A DNA stretch of 64,000 nt from a virus. Shown piece after piece: positions 36,962 to 48,036 of the stretch. The notes beneath the pieces are model-generated. The model was not told the origin of the DNA and made no database searches. It saw only the letters and a program-made list of their open reading frames with translations. Both the position numbers and the translations under genes were made by a program. Location of the stretch: IMG/VR virus record IMGVR_UViG_3300025881_000010, positions 1 through 64,000 of that record, one strand, 5' to 3'. The first letter of the stretch is position 1. Each line of letters begins with the position of its first letter.

Positions 36962-38539
36962 TTATATTAAGGATTGTCCTGAATTTCCTTTAGCAAATAT
37001 TTCTGAAACTTCTGCAGCAGTTAATTCTTTATTAAAAATTGGCATTTCATCTAATTGCCCGTTTAATTTAAAGTTAGCATCTGCCTGATAATTTCCTATC
37101 CATAATTCATTATTTGTATTTGCCATTTTAACATAAGTACCGGTCATTATACTGGCAGAAGAAACTAAAGTTCCATTTATATATGTTTTCATACCTCCAT
37201 TTCCTAATCCGTTATAAGTATGAACTACATGAACCCAAGCACCAGAAATAATAGCGTTTGTAGTGATATTTTGAGTAATATTATCGTATGAACCGTTACT
37301 AAATAATCTCCAAGTTAAAACTCCACCATTATAATAACCGAAATATTCATTATTGGAATAGCTTGAATTCAGCTTAGAGAAAATCATAAATTTAGTATCC
37401 GTAGTTTTTATCCAATATGAAATACTAAAAGGCTTATCGTTTGTGCCATCTATAAAACTCAAACTATCAGTATCGCCTAAATTTATAAAACTAGTTGAAC
37501 CATTTAATACTGCTGCCTGTCCTACTAATCCGGCTGCATAAGTAATTGCTGTTGGCGTTCCATTATTCGCTCCGAAACTATCTAAAACATTCCCTTCCAT
37601 TTTGTAGTAGGAAATAATACTACTTACTGGATAAGGCTCACTAGCATTTGTTTTTTGCGATACTGTATTACTTGTAGATTTATTATAGTAAATATCTACT
37701 GGCTTCACTTCAAAAGTATAAGTGGTATCAAGACTTAAACCTATACAATATCCACCTGATTGTATTTTTCCTTTATAAACTCCATTAGCATATACCTCAT
37801 AAAACTCAATTGCATTTGTGCTTCCTGTGGGTGCGGTAAAATTAAGTTGAACGGCTGATCCGTAAACATTGCTTATACTTAGGTCTGTAATAGGATTTGG
37901 TAAAAGTTGATCGTAGGTATAAATATCTCCAGTTACCCACTCGACTTCTAGCATATCGTTTGCAATTCCATGAGCTATTGTTGCATTTACACCCCCTGAA
38001 TTACTTGTTTTATTAAAAATATTTGCATAAATCTTTTGTTTTACATCGCCTAATCCAAACATTGTTGTATCTGCAACAGATGGGTCTCCGCCTATATTCG
38101 TTGCTAAAGGAAAGTATAAAATACGAGGTGCTAAATCAGTATAATTCGAATGATAAAATGAACTATTATTAATAGTTAAACAACCAGGGAAATAAAACAT
38201 TGCTGTATTGTTACTAACATAAAATGATGCCGGTAATAATTTACATTTTTTTGCTATATCTATCCAATAAGTTGGACTTGAAATTGTGTTTGCAGTATTT
38301 TTGAATGCATATGGTCTAAGGTTATAATCCAAATCAATAAAGCATTCAATATTATCACCAACAATAGTAAAATTATAAATATTAGAGGGTGAAAAATCTG
38401 AACCGCTAGGATAATTTAAAAGTTTTGCAGCCAAGAGAGATGGTGTATTTATTATAGATGCAACCCCACCAATAAAAGTATTAGGCTGCAACGCCTGAAT
38501 ACTACTTTTCCCATATTCAAAATACTGTACTGGATTCAT
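36962..38539 (-). CDS. receptor-binding/tail-fibre protein with FN3 and LamG (ConA-like) domains
   Basis: FN3: PITDL..VQLNFTAP..YEVY..GLSLDTTYTFEVKPVD; LamG: FSISYWIK, WVHVVHTY, YING, LWIG, GQLDE..FNKELT. Confidence 0.85.
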   Translation of the reverse strand: MNPVQYFEYGKSSIQALQPNTFIGGVASIINTPSLLAAKLLNYPSGSDFSPSNIYNFTIVGDNIECFIDLDYNLRPYAFKNTANTISSPTYWIDIAKKCKLLPASFYVSNNTAMFYFPGCLTINNSSFYHSNYTDLAPRILYFPLATNIGGDPSVADTTMFGLGDVKQKIYANIFNKTSNSGGVNATIAHGIANDMLEVEWVTGDIYTYDQLLPNPITDLSISNVYGSAVQLNFTAPTGSTNAIEFYEVYANGVYKGKIQSGGYCIGLSLDTTYTFEVKPVDIYYNKSTSNTVSQKTNASEPYPVSSIISYYKMEGNVLDSFGANNGTPTAITYAAGLVGQAAVLNGSTSFINLGDTDSLSFIDGTNDKPFSISYWIKTTDTKFMIFSKLNSSYSNNEYFGYYNGGVLTWRLFSNGSYDNITQNITTNAIISGAWVHVVHTYNGLGNGGMKTYINGTLVSSASIMTGTYVKMANTNNELWIGNYQADANFKLNGQLDEMPIFNKELTAAEVSEIFAKGNSGQSLI

Positions 38540-38540
38540 A

Positions 38541-41531
38541 TTATACGTCGTTTGAAATTCTTACGTTAATAACATTCCCTACTACACTTACAGCAGCGGT
38601 ACTTCCTAAAGCTCCATCAAGCACTTTATTGGTTTGCCTTATCGTTTTCCCTGCGCTTGCAACAAATGTGATGTTCCCAGTTCCTTCTTTTTGGTAGGTA
38701 GCTATAAAATTATCTGTAGCTCCAAGGGTGATATTGATGGCATTCGTACTGTGCTTAATAACATTGTTTCTACCATTTTGAGAATAACCACCATCGCTTA
38801 AAGTTTCAGAAGTGATACTTACTTCAGTAGTAATGGTTGTCTGGCGAATGTCTGTGTAATTCTTTGCAGCAGTAATTGCTTCAGCTTTGGCGGTGGCGAT
38901 TTCAGCAGTGGTTGCATAATCTGAAGATTCTAAAGTACTAATTCTAGCTTCATAATCATTATCTAAATCAACACTTTCCTCTTCAGAATATTTGTAGTAG
39001 TCATCAATAGTTCCTAAAGTAGTGCCTAAATATTCATAGTTAGCACGTCCAGCTGTTACTGTTGGATCTGAGGAAGCATCATTTACTCTAAATTGATCTA
39101 AATCAAATTGAGTATTTTGATCAGCAATCATATCAGAAATAGTAGCATACACTTTAGTAAGCCCAGAACCTCCAGAAGAACCTCCTAGTAAGCTTGAATC
39201 TAAAAAAGGACGTTTATCCCATCCTAACTTCAAGGCGTTAAAAGACTGTCTAGAAACACCTGAATCACCTTTAAAACAATGTATTCTGTCTGTCTGATCT
39301 ACAAAATAATATTTATCAAATAGATCTGTATAAACAAATCTATTTCTAAAAAAGTCTTTGGCATAAATAGTTTGTGGGTCCTGAAGAATGAATAACGCTT
39401 GATCTTTATTCCATTCAAAAACTTCATAAGAAAAATCTTCTTTAGGCCAGAATATATATTTTGTAAGTCCTGTAAAATTAATATTACTGAACTTTGCATC
39501 TTGCTGTGATCTTGCAGCAAACCCAACTTGTCCAAAATTTTTGAATGGTTCTAATTCTGGAAAATCAACAATCATAGCATCAATATCTACAATTATTTCT
39601 GTAGCTTCATCTATAACTGTACTTCCAAATTGAGAGGTTTTAAATGTAAAAACATTTCCTGTTCTATTGATAGAACCTTTTGAAGGACCGTTTGTAGTCC
39701 AACCTCCATTAGCTCCATTAGGATATGGAGCTAAATCAGTTCCTTCAACTATTACTTTTTGATTTGTTTGAGCAAAATTATAATATATTCTATAAGTCCA
39801 ATCTCCTTGACCTGAATTTTCAATCATACATCTAATTAAAGATAAAGTATATTCATATCCTGTTTCTGGATCTTTATAAAACGCAGCGATTAAAGCAATA
39901 AAATCATCATCATCATTACTTGAAGACATTATAGCTTCAAAATCATAATTTCCAAAAGGTCTTGGTGAAATATAACCTGTATAGCAATGATAATTTCTAT
40001 TAAGACTGATAGAATCATCTGCAGCATTATAATTCCAAGCTGTTTTATTATAAAATTCTTCAGCAGTTAAACTTACTCCAGGTCCATCATTAGGGTTTAA
40101 CGCTGGAAAGTTTGGTGGTGATTTAGCACCTGTTCCTCCATTAGCTCCATGTTCACCATTATAATGAGAAAACATTTCCCAAGTATCAAAGACTTTTTCT
40201 AAAGTAAATCCTTCAGCTGTAGCTATGTCAAATTCTTCTTGACTTTGAACTATAATATTTTCTAATAATAACCAATCTGGAATTACCTTATTAGTTCCTT
40301 CTTCAGATATAAAATAGATTTGATCTTTTAATCCTTTAGGCAAACCAAAAGGACTAGGAATTACAGGTAGTTGATCTAAATCATAATAGTTGTTTGTTTG
40401 TCCAGCAAGACCTACAGTAAATAATTGATTACCTCCTTGACTAATTGTTATAGCTCCTGTTTCTGGATCTACAGAAACAGATGCTACATATTTAGAAAGA
40501 TTTATTTCATGTGGAGTTCCATCAGTTTCATAAACTACCCATACATCTGCATCATCTGGATCAGGTTCTATTTTATCAATATTAATATCTAATACTGCAG
40601 CAGGAATTAATGGGGTAAAATCAAATTCTCTATAATATTCTACTCCAGTTTCATTTCTGTAAAACCAACGTACTTTTTTTGTGCCGGCAACATGTTCAAT
40701 TTTAGTTAGATCTGTAATTGTTTCAAAAAACTTTTTCAAGTTTATTTGACCAATTTCATTTCTATTAGCTCTATTATTTAAATCTGTAACTGTAATGCTT
40801 GTTGAATCACCTCTTTGATCTTCATAAGATTGTTGGAATTCTTGACCGTTAACAAGTCTTAGTGTTAATGTTATGATTCTTTTACCATTAACATCTACAG
40901 ATGGAGATACGTCAAAATAATTAAGAGGATTATCTATAGGGGTACCATCTCCACCATTAGGCTGTAAAACAAAATTCTTTTTGACGTTTACATTTTCCCA
41001 CGGAATAGGACAAAATATTTGTGTTGCTGTTTCTAATTGAGATACAGTAGATCTCACAGAAAACTTGAATTCTAAATCAGAATTACGAATACCAATTCCT
41101 TGAATGGTAATCATATCTGCAGTGTTATTAGGATCAACAAATACAAGCAAACCATTATAGTTTGCTATCATTTTATATCCTAAATCATTTTGAGTTTGAA
41201 TTATTGTATCTAATTCATTTTCAAAACGATAAAGAACTCCATTATGAATAACATAATTTGAAGGAACTCTAAATTCTAAATTCTGAGCATTTACAGAAAA
41301 AAATGTATCATTAATTTGTAATGGATTTTCATTTAAATAAAGAAAATTATTTTCTATTGGTAAACTTTTTATAGTTACCAATCCCGGATTCCCATTTAAT
41401 AGATCTTGCCAATTTTTAGAAAATGAATTTTGATCAAAAACATTAATAGGATATTTTATCAATAAAGAATTCTTCTCTACTGAAGGTTTATATTTTGATT
41501 CTCCGGATTGATGAAATCTTGCTAATGCCAT
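38541..41531 (-). CDS. tail fibre protein with lectin-like beta-sandwich domain
   Basis: 996 aa, mosaic; SSNDDDDFIALI..GQVGFAARSQ lectin-like segment; position. Confidence 0.65.
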   Translation of the reverse strand: MALARFHQSGESKYKPSVEKNSLLIKYPINVFDQNSFSKNWQDLLNGNPGLVTIKSLPIENNFLYLNENPLQINDTFFSVNAQNLEFRVPSNYVIHNGVLYRFENELDTIIQTQNDLGYKMIANYNGLLVFVDPNNTADMITIQGIGIRNSDLEFKFSVRSTVSQLETATQIFCPIPWENVNVKKNFVLQPNGGDGTPIDNPLNYFDVSPSVDVNGKRIITLTLRLVNGQEFQQSYEDQRGDSTSITVTDLNNRANRNEIGQINLKKFFETITDLTKIEHVAGTKKVRWFYRNETGVEYYREFDFTPLIPAAVLDINIDKIEPDPDDADVWVVYETDGTPHEINLSKYVASVSVDPETGAITISQGGNQLFTVGLAGQTNNYYDLDQLPVIPSPFGLPKGLKDQIYFISEEGTNKVIPDWLLLENIIVQSQEEFDIATAEGFTLEKVFDTWEMFSHYNGEHGANGGTGAKSPPNFPALNPNDGPGVSLTAEEFYNKTAWNYNAADDSISLNRNYHCYTGYISPRPFGNYDFEAIMSSSNDDDDFIALIAAFYKDPETGYEYTLSLIRCMIENSGQGDWTYRIYYNFAQTNQKVIVEGTDLAPYPNGANGGWTTNGPSKGSINRTGNVFTFKTSQFGSTVIDEATEIIVDIDAMIVDFPELEPFKNFGQVGFAARSQQDAKFSNINFTGLTKYIFWPKEDFSYEVFEWNKDQALFILQDPQTIYAKDFFRNRFVYTDLFDKYYFVDQTDRIHCFKGDSGVSRQSFNALKLGWDKRPFLDSSLLGGSSGGSGLTKVYATISDMIADQNTQFDLDQFRVNDASSDPTVTAGRANYEYLGTTLGTIDDYYKYSEEESVDLDNDYEARISTLESSDYATTAEIATAKAEAITAAKNYTDIRQTTITTEVSITSETLSDGGYSQNGRNNVIKHSTNAINITLGATDNFIATYQKEGTGNITFVASAGKTIRQTNKVLDGALGSTAAVSVVGNVINVRISNDV

Positions 41532-41532
41532 A

Positions 41533-42009
41533 TTAATTTACCCATTGTCCGTTTACAGCATCTCTAATTGAAAAATCAAATACATCTATTTCTGAAGAAC
41601 CAGGAACACCGTAATGAGAGAAATCAAAATTAGGATCTAATAACTGTAAGCGAGTGATTATTGTATCTTTTGTAATTGGTTGATTATTTATTAAAAAGTA
41701 ACCTATGTTGGTTTTATAAGGATCTAAGTCTTTTAATAATACAGCATCCAATAAGTCATTTTCTTTATCGTTATATGGAGGTGCAGCTATAGATGTGAAA
41801 TAATCTAAAGTGATTCTTGTCTTTACTCCTGAAGGAATATAAACATCAATATTTCCTATTGTAGGTGCTTCGTTACTTTCCGGATCTGGACCATTACCAT
41901 TATCATTCGTGAAATCTAAAACAAGTACTCTGTTTAGATACCCTTTAGAATATGATATTCCATTGTGGAATGCTCCACCTATTTTTATTTTATTTAAATA
42001 GCCAGCCAT
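41533..42009 (-). CDS. tail-associated Ig/cadherin-like protein
   Basis: NEAPT..YND.END..FSIRD pattern. Confidence 0.5.
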   Translation of the reverse strand: MAGYLNKIKIGGAFHNGISYSKGYLNRVLVLDFTNDNGNGPDPESNEAPTIGNIDVYIPSGVKTRITLDYFTSIAAPPYNDKENDLLDAVLLKDLDPYKTNIGYFLINNQPITKDTIITRLQLLDPNFDFSHYGVPGSSEIDVFDFSIRDAVNGQWVN

Positions 42010-42470
42010 TCCGGTTGTATTGCTTCTGGAGTTAAATAAAGAATTTTAGGATCATCTTCATCTGCATTGATCAAATCAATATATTCTTGTTCACTTGCAA
42101 GAAATTTGATTTCACTTAAATCAGCGCTTTCAATCATATTGACAATATCTTGTGTTGTCAATTTATCTTCTTGAAAGAAGTTAAAAGTTCTACCTGAATA
42201 ATCTATACCTATCGCTTGGCTTCCGGCAGGATAAGTAAAATGAGTTGCAAGAAGACCAGGGCCATCATCGATTTTTACTTCTCTCCACTGATAACGTGTT
42301 TTATTTTCGTTCACATAAGCAAGCATACCTTCGTAATACTTGAATGCATTATTATTTCCGGCTCCTAAATTTTTAATATCAGTAAGCGTTAAAAAAAAGG
42401 TTTTTCCATCCAATGGTATTTGACCATTAGAAATAAGCGCGGTAAGAATATTGGAGGCAGTTCCTATCAT
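41994..42470 (-). CDS. tail-associated protein
   Basis: PLD..YEGMLAYV..RYQW and D.KILYL patterns seen in fibre-attachment modules. Confidence 0.5.
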   Translation of the reverse strand: MIGTASNILTALISNGQIPLDGKTFFLTLTDIKNLGAGNNNAFKYYEGMLAYVNENKTRYQWREVKIDDGPGLLATHFTYPAGSQAIGIDYSGRTFNFFQEDKLTTQDIVNMIESADLSEIKFLASEQEYIDLINADEDDPKILYLTPEAIQPEWLAI

Positions 42471-43486
42471 AATTTAATGAATTTGTAGAATACGTTTGAA
42501 GTAGTGTAATATTCCTTAGAGATAAAAATCTCAAAAGTTCCATCATAAATTCTATTGAAAGCAGTTTCATTTACAATGTTCCCAATAATATCAGTTATTT
42601 GAAATTGGTTATCTGTATTGGTTTTTATAGCAAAACCAATACGGCCAGTAGTTTGATACATTACAAATTTACCAGCTTCTAAATCTGATTGTAAATGAAG
42701 CTCAGCATTTAAATCTAAATAAGCTTGATCAATTAAATTGCTTTGATTGATATCGTCAGTTAGATTTTGAAATTGAAATGAATAAATTGGTATTTGTTCT
42801 CCTTCCACGGTTCCAGTATTTGATGAATATTCAGTTTCTTTTACATTGCAAAAACATCTATTGATGTGAGAATACAATAGCGCTTCCATAGTACTATACT
42901 TCCAAGTATTGGCTATTCTTTCCCATTCTTCAGGAGTGCTTGGCATAACATCATCTCCTATAGCTTCAGCAAGTCTATTTTCATATTCTATTTCCATATC
43001 AAGATATACTTGCTTACCGATTTCTCGATTATAATATCTTGGACGATTTATAAAATAAGTTACTCCAGCAGTGATCGCTTCAGCATGATTTTCAGGAATA
43101 ACAGGATTACCATTTCCATCTAATAGCAAAGCATAATAAATAAGATTGAATTCATCTCTGGAGAAACCTTCACAGAAGAAAAGGTAATTACCTTGAATGA
43201 TATAATCATCCGGACACATTCCCTGAGTACACATTCCAACGGCTTCTAGTGAAACTACATCTGCAGGAATTTTAACTTTAAAACGTTTTCCATCAGTAAC
43301 GATACCACCGTTAAGCTTGCTGAATTTTATTTTTTTGAGAATTACTGAAGCTCCATAACCAAGATCTTTTTCGATTCTTGATATATGCCGTAGAATAGCC
43401 GGCTTCATTGAATTGATATTATCAATTCCGTTATCATCTTGAATTTGTTGCAAAATGGTTTCGAATGGAACTAAATTGGAGTACAT
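42467..43486 (-). CDS. tail tubular/ring protein (crAss Ttub-like)
   Basis: YIIQGNYL..IYYA..D.NGNPVIP..AI..Y motif; synteny. Confidence 0.65.
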   Translation of the reverse strand: MYSNLVPFETILQQIQDDNGIDNINSMKPAILRHISRIEKDLGYGASVILKKIKFSKLNGGIVTDGKRFKVKIPADVVSLEAVGMCTQGMCPDDYIIQGNYLFFCEGFSRDEFNLIYYALLLDGNGNPVIPENHAEAITAGVTYFINRPRYYNREIGKQVYLDMEIEYENRLAEAIGDDVMPSTPEEWERIANTWKYSTMEALLYSHINRCFCNVKETEYSSNTGTVEGEQIPIYSFQFQNLTDDINQSNLIDQAYLDLNAELHLQSDLEAGKFVMYQTTGRIGFAIKTNTDNQFQITDIIGNIVNETAFNRIYDGTFEIFISKEYYTTSNVFYKFIKL

Positions 43487-44013
43487 ATATATAACGTTTT
43501 ATTAAGTTTGCCCCTCTTAAATTCCGAGCTAAATATAGGCAATAAATCTTTGTTAAAATTATCTTTATATAAATTTTCGATCTCTGGTAGTCGATTGCTT
43601 GAGCCTGTAAGCTTTTTTATCTTGACCATATAGAACATTTTTTGACTAGCTCTCATGTACCAATATAAACCTATAGCACCATCACTTCTACTGAATTTCT
43701 TTTCAGCTTTTCCTTTGGCCATTTTTCGAGCCCATTTTTTATAAATTACTTTCTTTAAAAATCCACCAAGAAAAAAATATATTGGAGATTCATTCATATA
43801 GAAATCATAGAAGTAAACTTTAAAATATTCTAATATGATTTTTTTATATAATGAAAGTGGTACCGGTTGAGGTTTCTTTTTTCTAGTCTTTTCACCAAGA
43901 CAAAAAAGAGAAGGCGGGTACCTTCTCTTTTCAAGTTGAAACATGTCAAAAAAATATTTTACACTAAGTACTTCAATTTTAGATTTCTCTTTTTTCTTGA
44001 TCATCTTTAGCAT
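43471..44013 (-). CDS. basic protein, probable crAss IHF/HU-like structural-module gene
   Basis: Lys-rich, YKKII..F..LGG; synteny between ring genes. Confidence 0.5.
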   Translation of the reverse strand: MLKMIKKKEKSKIEVLSVKYFFDMFQLEKRRYPPSLFCLGEKTRKKKPQPVPLSLYKKIILEYFKVYFYDFYMNESPIYFFLGGFLKKVIYKKWARKMAKGKAEKKFSRSDGAIGLYWYMRASQKMFYMVKIKKLTGSSNRLPEIENLYKDNFNKDLLPIFSSEFKRGKLNKTLYICTPI

Positions 44014-44686
44014 CGTTTTTCATATCTCCAACATCATCAGTTCTTGCTCTTAAAAATATGTTGAACTCACGAGCATTTACAGAATTAATTAGATCTTCGG
44101 TTAATTCATCAGGAAATGGATAAGGAGATTTTCTAAAGTTATATCCAGCTTCATCATCAGGATTTACAAGTACAGCTTTTACATTTACTGAAACTTGTTT
44201 TTGAGTGAATGACTTGGCTAATTTTCTAACTATGATATTCAATTCTGATTGAGAATCATCATTGAAATCATTAGGCTGAATTAGTCCAGGATATAATTCT
44301 AATTTATTATTTACATACTGCAGCATAGGTTGATATTTATTAAATCTATGCTTCTGATTGTTTCTAAATTCTCCGGGGGGAACTATCGCAATTGGATAGG
44401 TATCTATATCAGCTATTAACCCGAAGTAATTTTCAAAACGGATAGTCTTGGGGAGCGCCGGTGATAAGTAAACTTCGGATTGTAAGCTGAATGGAATAGG
44501 ACCTAAGTCTTGATAGACTTCGATAGGCATGTTCTTACCATTCTTGTAATTTCTGGCAAGATGCTTACCTCTATGAATTCTAAGAAATGCGCGTAGCAAT
44601 CTCTCATTTATAGGATCATCTTGGTTGTACTGACCACCTCTGACAATCTCATGAATTCCGTATATGATTTCTAATTCTGTTTTCAT
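43979..44686 (-). CDS. head-tail ring protein
   Basis: AVLVNP..SPYPFP motif; synteny downstream of MCP. Confidence 0.6.
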   Translation of the reverse strand: MKTELEIIYGIHEIVRGGQYNQDDPINERLLRAFLRIHRGKHLARNYKNGKNMPIEVYQDLGPIPFSLQSEVYLSPALPKTIRFENYFGLIADIDTYPIAIVPPGEFRNNQKHRFNKYQPMLQYVNNKLELYPGLIQPNDFNDDSQSELNIIVRKLAKSFTQKQVSVNVKAVLVNPDDEAGYNFRKSPYPFPDELTEDLINSVNAREFNIFLRARTDDVGDMKNDAKDDQEKREI

Positions 44687-45330
44687 TATTTAAATACTTT
44701 AGCGAAAGATTCTTCTAAACTATTATTTACTTGCACTCTTTCATCTCCAGTACTTTTAAATACATGAGTACAGACTTTTAGAATAATTTCTTCAATACTA
44801 TCATCAGGCAAATCAACAATTCTATTGTCTTTTTTTCCTGTAGTAGCAAAGCTTGGTTTTTTACAGTAAACCAACTTTAAATATTCTGGAACATAGATTC
44901 CAGATCTAATACCAAATAAATTTGCTTCTTGAACAATTTCAGGATAATCCTTTGTAGCTTCTCTATAAGGATTGTTTCTATCCATGTTAGAGCGTGCGTG
45001 TTGCTTTAAATCTGCACGGATGCACTTAGAGCCATCTTTGTAAATAACGTCATAAGCGACAAGCCTATGGTAATTTACAGGAAGAGGTGTGATAAACCTT
45101 TCGGTATCATTTTCATCTCTAATGGCAATAACTTTTTTATTCTTAATTAGTGGCCGAATTGCTTCGACCACTTCTTGAGTTTTTTCTATGACTTTAAGCT
45201 GACTATTTACAAAGTCGTAAGTTGAGGTTTCAAAATACATAAGTAGCACCTTCATAACAAAGTAATCAGATCCTATTTTATCACAAAAGACTTTCATCTT
45301 TTCGTCAATTCCGGCTAGTGAATAGTCCAT
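44686..45330 (-). CDS. head-tail ring protein
   Basis: LP.NY, NPY, YCKKP, LPD..EEI motifs; synteny. Confidence 0.6.
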   Translation of the reverse strand: MDYSLAGIDEKMKVFCDKIGSDYFVMKVLLMYFETSTYDFVNSQLKVIEKTQEVVEAIRPLIKNKKVIAIRDENDTERFITPLPVNYHRLVAYDVIYKDGSKCIRADLKQHARSNMDRNNPYREATKDYPEIVQEANLFGIRSGIYVPEYLKLVYCKKPSFATTGKKDNRIVDLPDDSIEEIILKVCTHVFKSTGDERVQVNNSLEESFAKVFK

Positions 45331-45343
45331 ACTTAAAGGGAGA

Positions 45344-46186
45344 TTATTTTCTTAGTTCAGTGTATAATTCTTCAACTAATTGCTGATAGAAATCAGGATT
45401 CTTTTCAAAGTAGTCAACTACTCTTTCTTTAGAAATACCAATGTTTCTACCTCTATACTTGAATACAGCTCCATCAATATCTATGATGTTGATACGTACC
45501 ATTTCTGTAATTTCGAAATTGTACTGAGCTTCTTTCATGTTGTCAAGAATTCTATTCACGTTTTCAGCATTCTTATAAGAACTACGTACATACTTCTTCA
45601 GAATACTTTTAAGTTTTAATAATTCTTTCCCAGGATCATTCATCAACTTCTCTTCACGATATTGCAATCCAAGAGCATTTAAAATGTATCTGGTTCTATC
45701 TAATCCTAAAGTTTTACCTTTTTCAGAAGAGATGTAACCTACAAGTTGATCAATATAATTTTCTTGTTCGATATCTTCAACATCTTGATGGTCAAGATTT
45801 TTTAGCGTATAAAGCGGATTGCTTCTTTTCTTGCTATATCTTTTGTCGTCCAAGTGGACTTGCTCATTGTTGATACCTATTTCCGGATGCTTGATTAAGT
45901 GATCAAGGTCCAATAGATCTTGTCTATTTTCTGAAGGCTTGTAATTCTTAATTACTTTGTCAATCCAAACACCGTGTTTATGTCCACCTTGAGCATTCTC
46001 AGGATAAACATCTTTACCGGAAGTTGGATCCTTATAGCTACCGATCATACGGCCACTAAATCCTTCAATTCCTAACTTGTTAGTTAGCTTAACTCTTAAT
46101 TGCCAAGTACCTCGCATAATTCCTTCGCGAAGCATCTGGTCTCTTTTCTTCAATTTTTCAATTTTGTCTTCGTGTAATGTTTCCAT
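45344..46186 (-). CDS. conserved crAss-like structural-module protein downstream of MCP
   Basis: Synteny; FKY..IG..VV.YF..NP C-terminus. Confidence 0.6.
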   Translation of the reverse strand: METLHEDKIEKLKKRDQMLREGIMRGTWQLRVKLTNKLGIEGFSGRMIGSYKDPTSGKDVYPENAQGGHKHGVWIDKVIKNYKPSENRQDLLDLDHLIKHPEIGINNEQVHLDDKRYSKKRSNPLYTLKNLDHQDVEDIEQENYIDQLVGYISSEKGKTLGLDRTRYILNALGLQYREEKLMNDPGKELLKLKSILKKYVRSSYKNAENVNRILDNMKEAQYNFEITEMVRINIIDIDGAVFKYRGRNIGISKERVVDYFEKNPDFYQQLVEELYTELRK

Positions 46187-46196
46187 GGTTATAATA

Positions 46197-46228
46197 ATAA
46201 AAAGCTACCTCCAGTGCGGAGGTAGCTT
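46197..46228 (-). terminator. terminator after MCP
   Basis: AAGCTACCTCC-AGTGC-GGAGGTAGCTT preceded by an A-run. Confidence 0.8.
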
Positions 46229-46244
46229 GATTAATAAAAACTAT

Positions 46245-47912
46245 CTAAAAAATGAAATCAGTAGCTTTTTGTCCAGCGATAGTAGTACCGTTAAGATCTC
46301 CACCATCCCAAACTGCTGAAGCTTTTAAGATACCACAAGAACGAGTATCATAAAGAACAGCCATTTGCTCAGAAAGCATATGCACAGCGCATCCATCAAA
46401 ACCACTTGCCGCATGGCTAGAGTTTTTGCTAGAAGGATCGAAAGATGTCATACCATCTACAAACTTACGTTTGTGCTCTCTTTCTTGACGAGATATGATC
46501 TCGAAGTTACCAACTCCATCTACAGAAGTCGTGTTGATTATGTAGATGTTACCAGTACCCACAAGTCCACCGTTTGTAGGAAATAAACCTGGGTGGTTGA
46601 AGATTTCATCTTCGATGATAGTAATCTTGTTGTTCAAGTACTCATAAGTAGTAACATTGAATCCAAGAGTAACATCTTGTCCAGTTGTGATGTTGTAAAC
46701 AATATTGTTTCCACCACCATTTCCTGAATCAAATTGAAGAAGTTTCTTCATACCTCTATCAAAAGCTGTTCTACCAATACGGTCAGTTACAGCTAAGAAC
46801 TCATTGTTATCAGTTCCCGCAGGGGAACGAGTAGCAAGTACGTTCAATAACGCTTCGATAAGTGTATGAACTAATCCGTTGTTAGGATTATAATCGAATG
46901 TTGCGTTGTCTTGAATTTGAGGGATCCAACCTTCTCCGATTATCGGAGCTGTCATACCTGACTCAGCACGGAAACCAGAAAGCGAAAGCTTATTGGTACC
47001 GTAGTTTTCATACCAAGAATGAGTTTCAGGGTTCATGGTAGTTCTAGAGAAACGTAAAGAAAGTTCGTTGAACATTCTGAACATTTCATCAGCCTTCATA
47101 ACCTCAGCAAATTCCCAAGAACTTTCGTTTTGGTTTTTACCGTTCCAGATCTTAGCTACTTTTTGACTTGCAGCTGAACCAGTCATAGTTAATGTGTAAC
47201 GAGAGATAACTGAATAGTTAATTCTCCATTTGTTACGAGAAGTTCTTTGGCTACCTTTCATAGACCCTTCACCAAATGCAGAACCACCTTCACCAAGAAC
47301 GTTTCCGTCAGCTAAGTGTGCTTCGTCAAAAAGTGGAGCTTCACCAATAAACTTACCATCGTAAACAACGTTGGTTTTATCTGCAGATGCTCTACCAGGT
47401 TTCTGAATTAAGAATTGAAGACCAAGACCATTGTCTAAGTTCATTCTATCGTTAGGGTTGAATTTGTCTCCAAAAACACCATTATCAGGATCATGAGCAA
47501 TAGCAATAGAACCTGGAACATCAGTTTCTACTTTAGTTGCATCAATACCTCCTGTGTATGCTACTGCGCCAGCTTGTCCAGAAATATCCGGACTTGGATT
47601 GGCAGCATCAAAATATCCTCCGATATAAGCTTTCCCAAAAGAGTAAGCTGGAAGAATATTCATTCCTTCATAAGAAATACGGTAAGCATTATCATTAATG
47701 CTTTTATCTCTTTTCATTTTACCAGACTGAACCCCTTGGTTCACTCGGCCAGTATTATAAATCCATGACTGGAATTTATTGTACTTTTTAAATAAGTCGA
47801 AAGTCTTTCTTTCAACTGCGAAGTCTTTTGCCATCAAAGTAGTCAGCGAGTTGTCTTCGGTGTGGATTTGGGGATTGAACCTTTCTACAGGTCCACGCAT
47901 AAGTAATGCCAT
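46245..47912 (-). CDS. major capsid protein (HK97-fold, crAss-like)
   Basis: 555 aa after portal and scaffold; GEGS.KG, IGEGWIPQI, FDG..VHML motifs; own terminator. Confidence 0.85.
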   Translation of the reverse strand: MALLMRGPVERFNPQIHTEDNSLTTLMAKDFAVERKTFDLFKKYNKFQSWIYNTGRVNQGVQSGKMKRDKSINDNAYRISYEGMNILPAYSFGKAYIGGYFDAANPSPDISGQAGAVAYTGGIDATKVETDVPGSIAIAHDPDNGVFGDKFNPNDRMNLDNGLGLQFLIQKPGRASADKTNVVYDGKFIGEAPLFDEAHLADGNVLGEGGSAFGEGSMKGSQRTSRNKWRINYSVISRYTLTMTGSAASQKVAKIWNGKNQNESSWEFAEVMKADEMFRMFNELSLRFSRTTMNPETHSWYENYGTNKLSLSGFRAESGMTAPIIGEGWIPQIQDNATFDYNPNNGLVHTLIEALLNVLATRSPAGTDNNEFLAVTDRIGRTAFDRGMKKLLQFDSGNGGGNNIVYNITTGQDVTLGFNVTTYEYLNNKITIIEDEIFNHPGLFPTNGGLVGTGNIYIINTTSVDGVGNFEIISRQEREHKRKFVDGMTSFDPSSKNSSHAASGFDGCAVHMLSEQMAVLYDTRSCGILKASAVWDGGDLNGTTIAGQKATDFIF

Positions 47913-48036
47913 TTTTTTAAATTTTAAGGTTATAAAAATTTGTTTTTATAGTCCTTAAACTTCACTACCATTGGCTGATCGGTTAAAGGGGGTAATTGTA
48001 ATAAACATAATTTCAAACGGCTTTGCCTGTTATCCA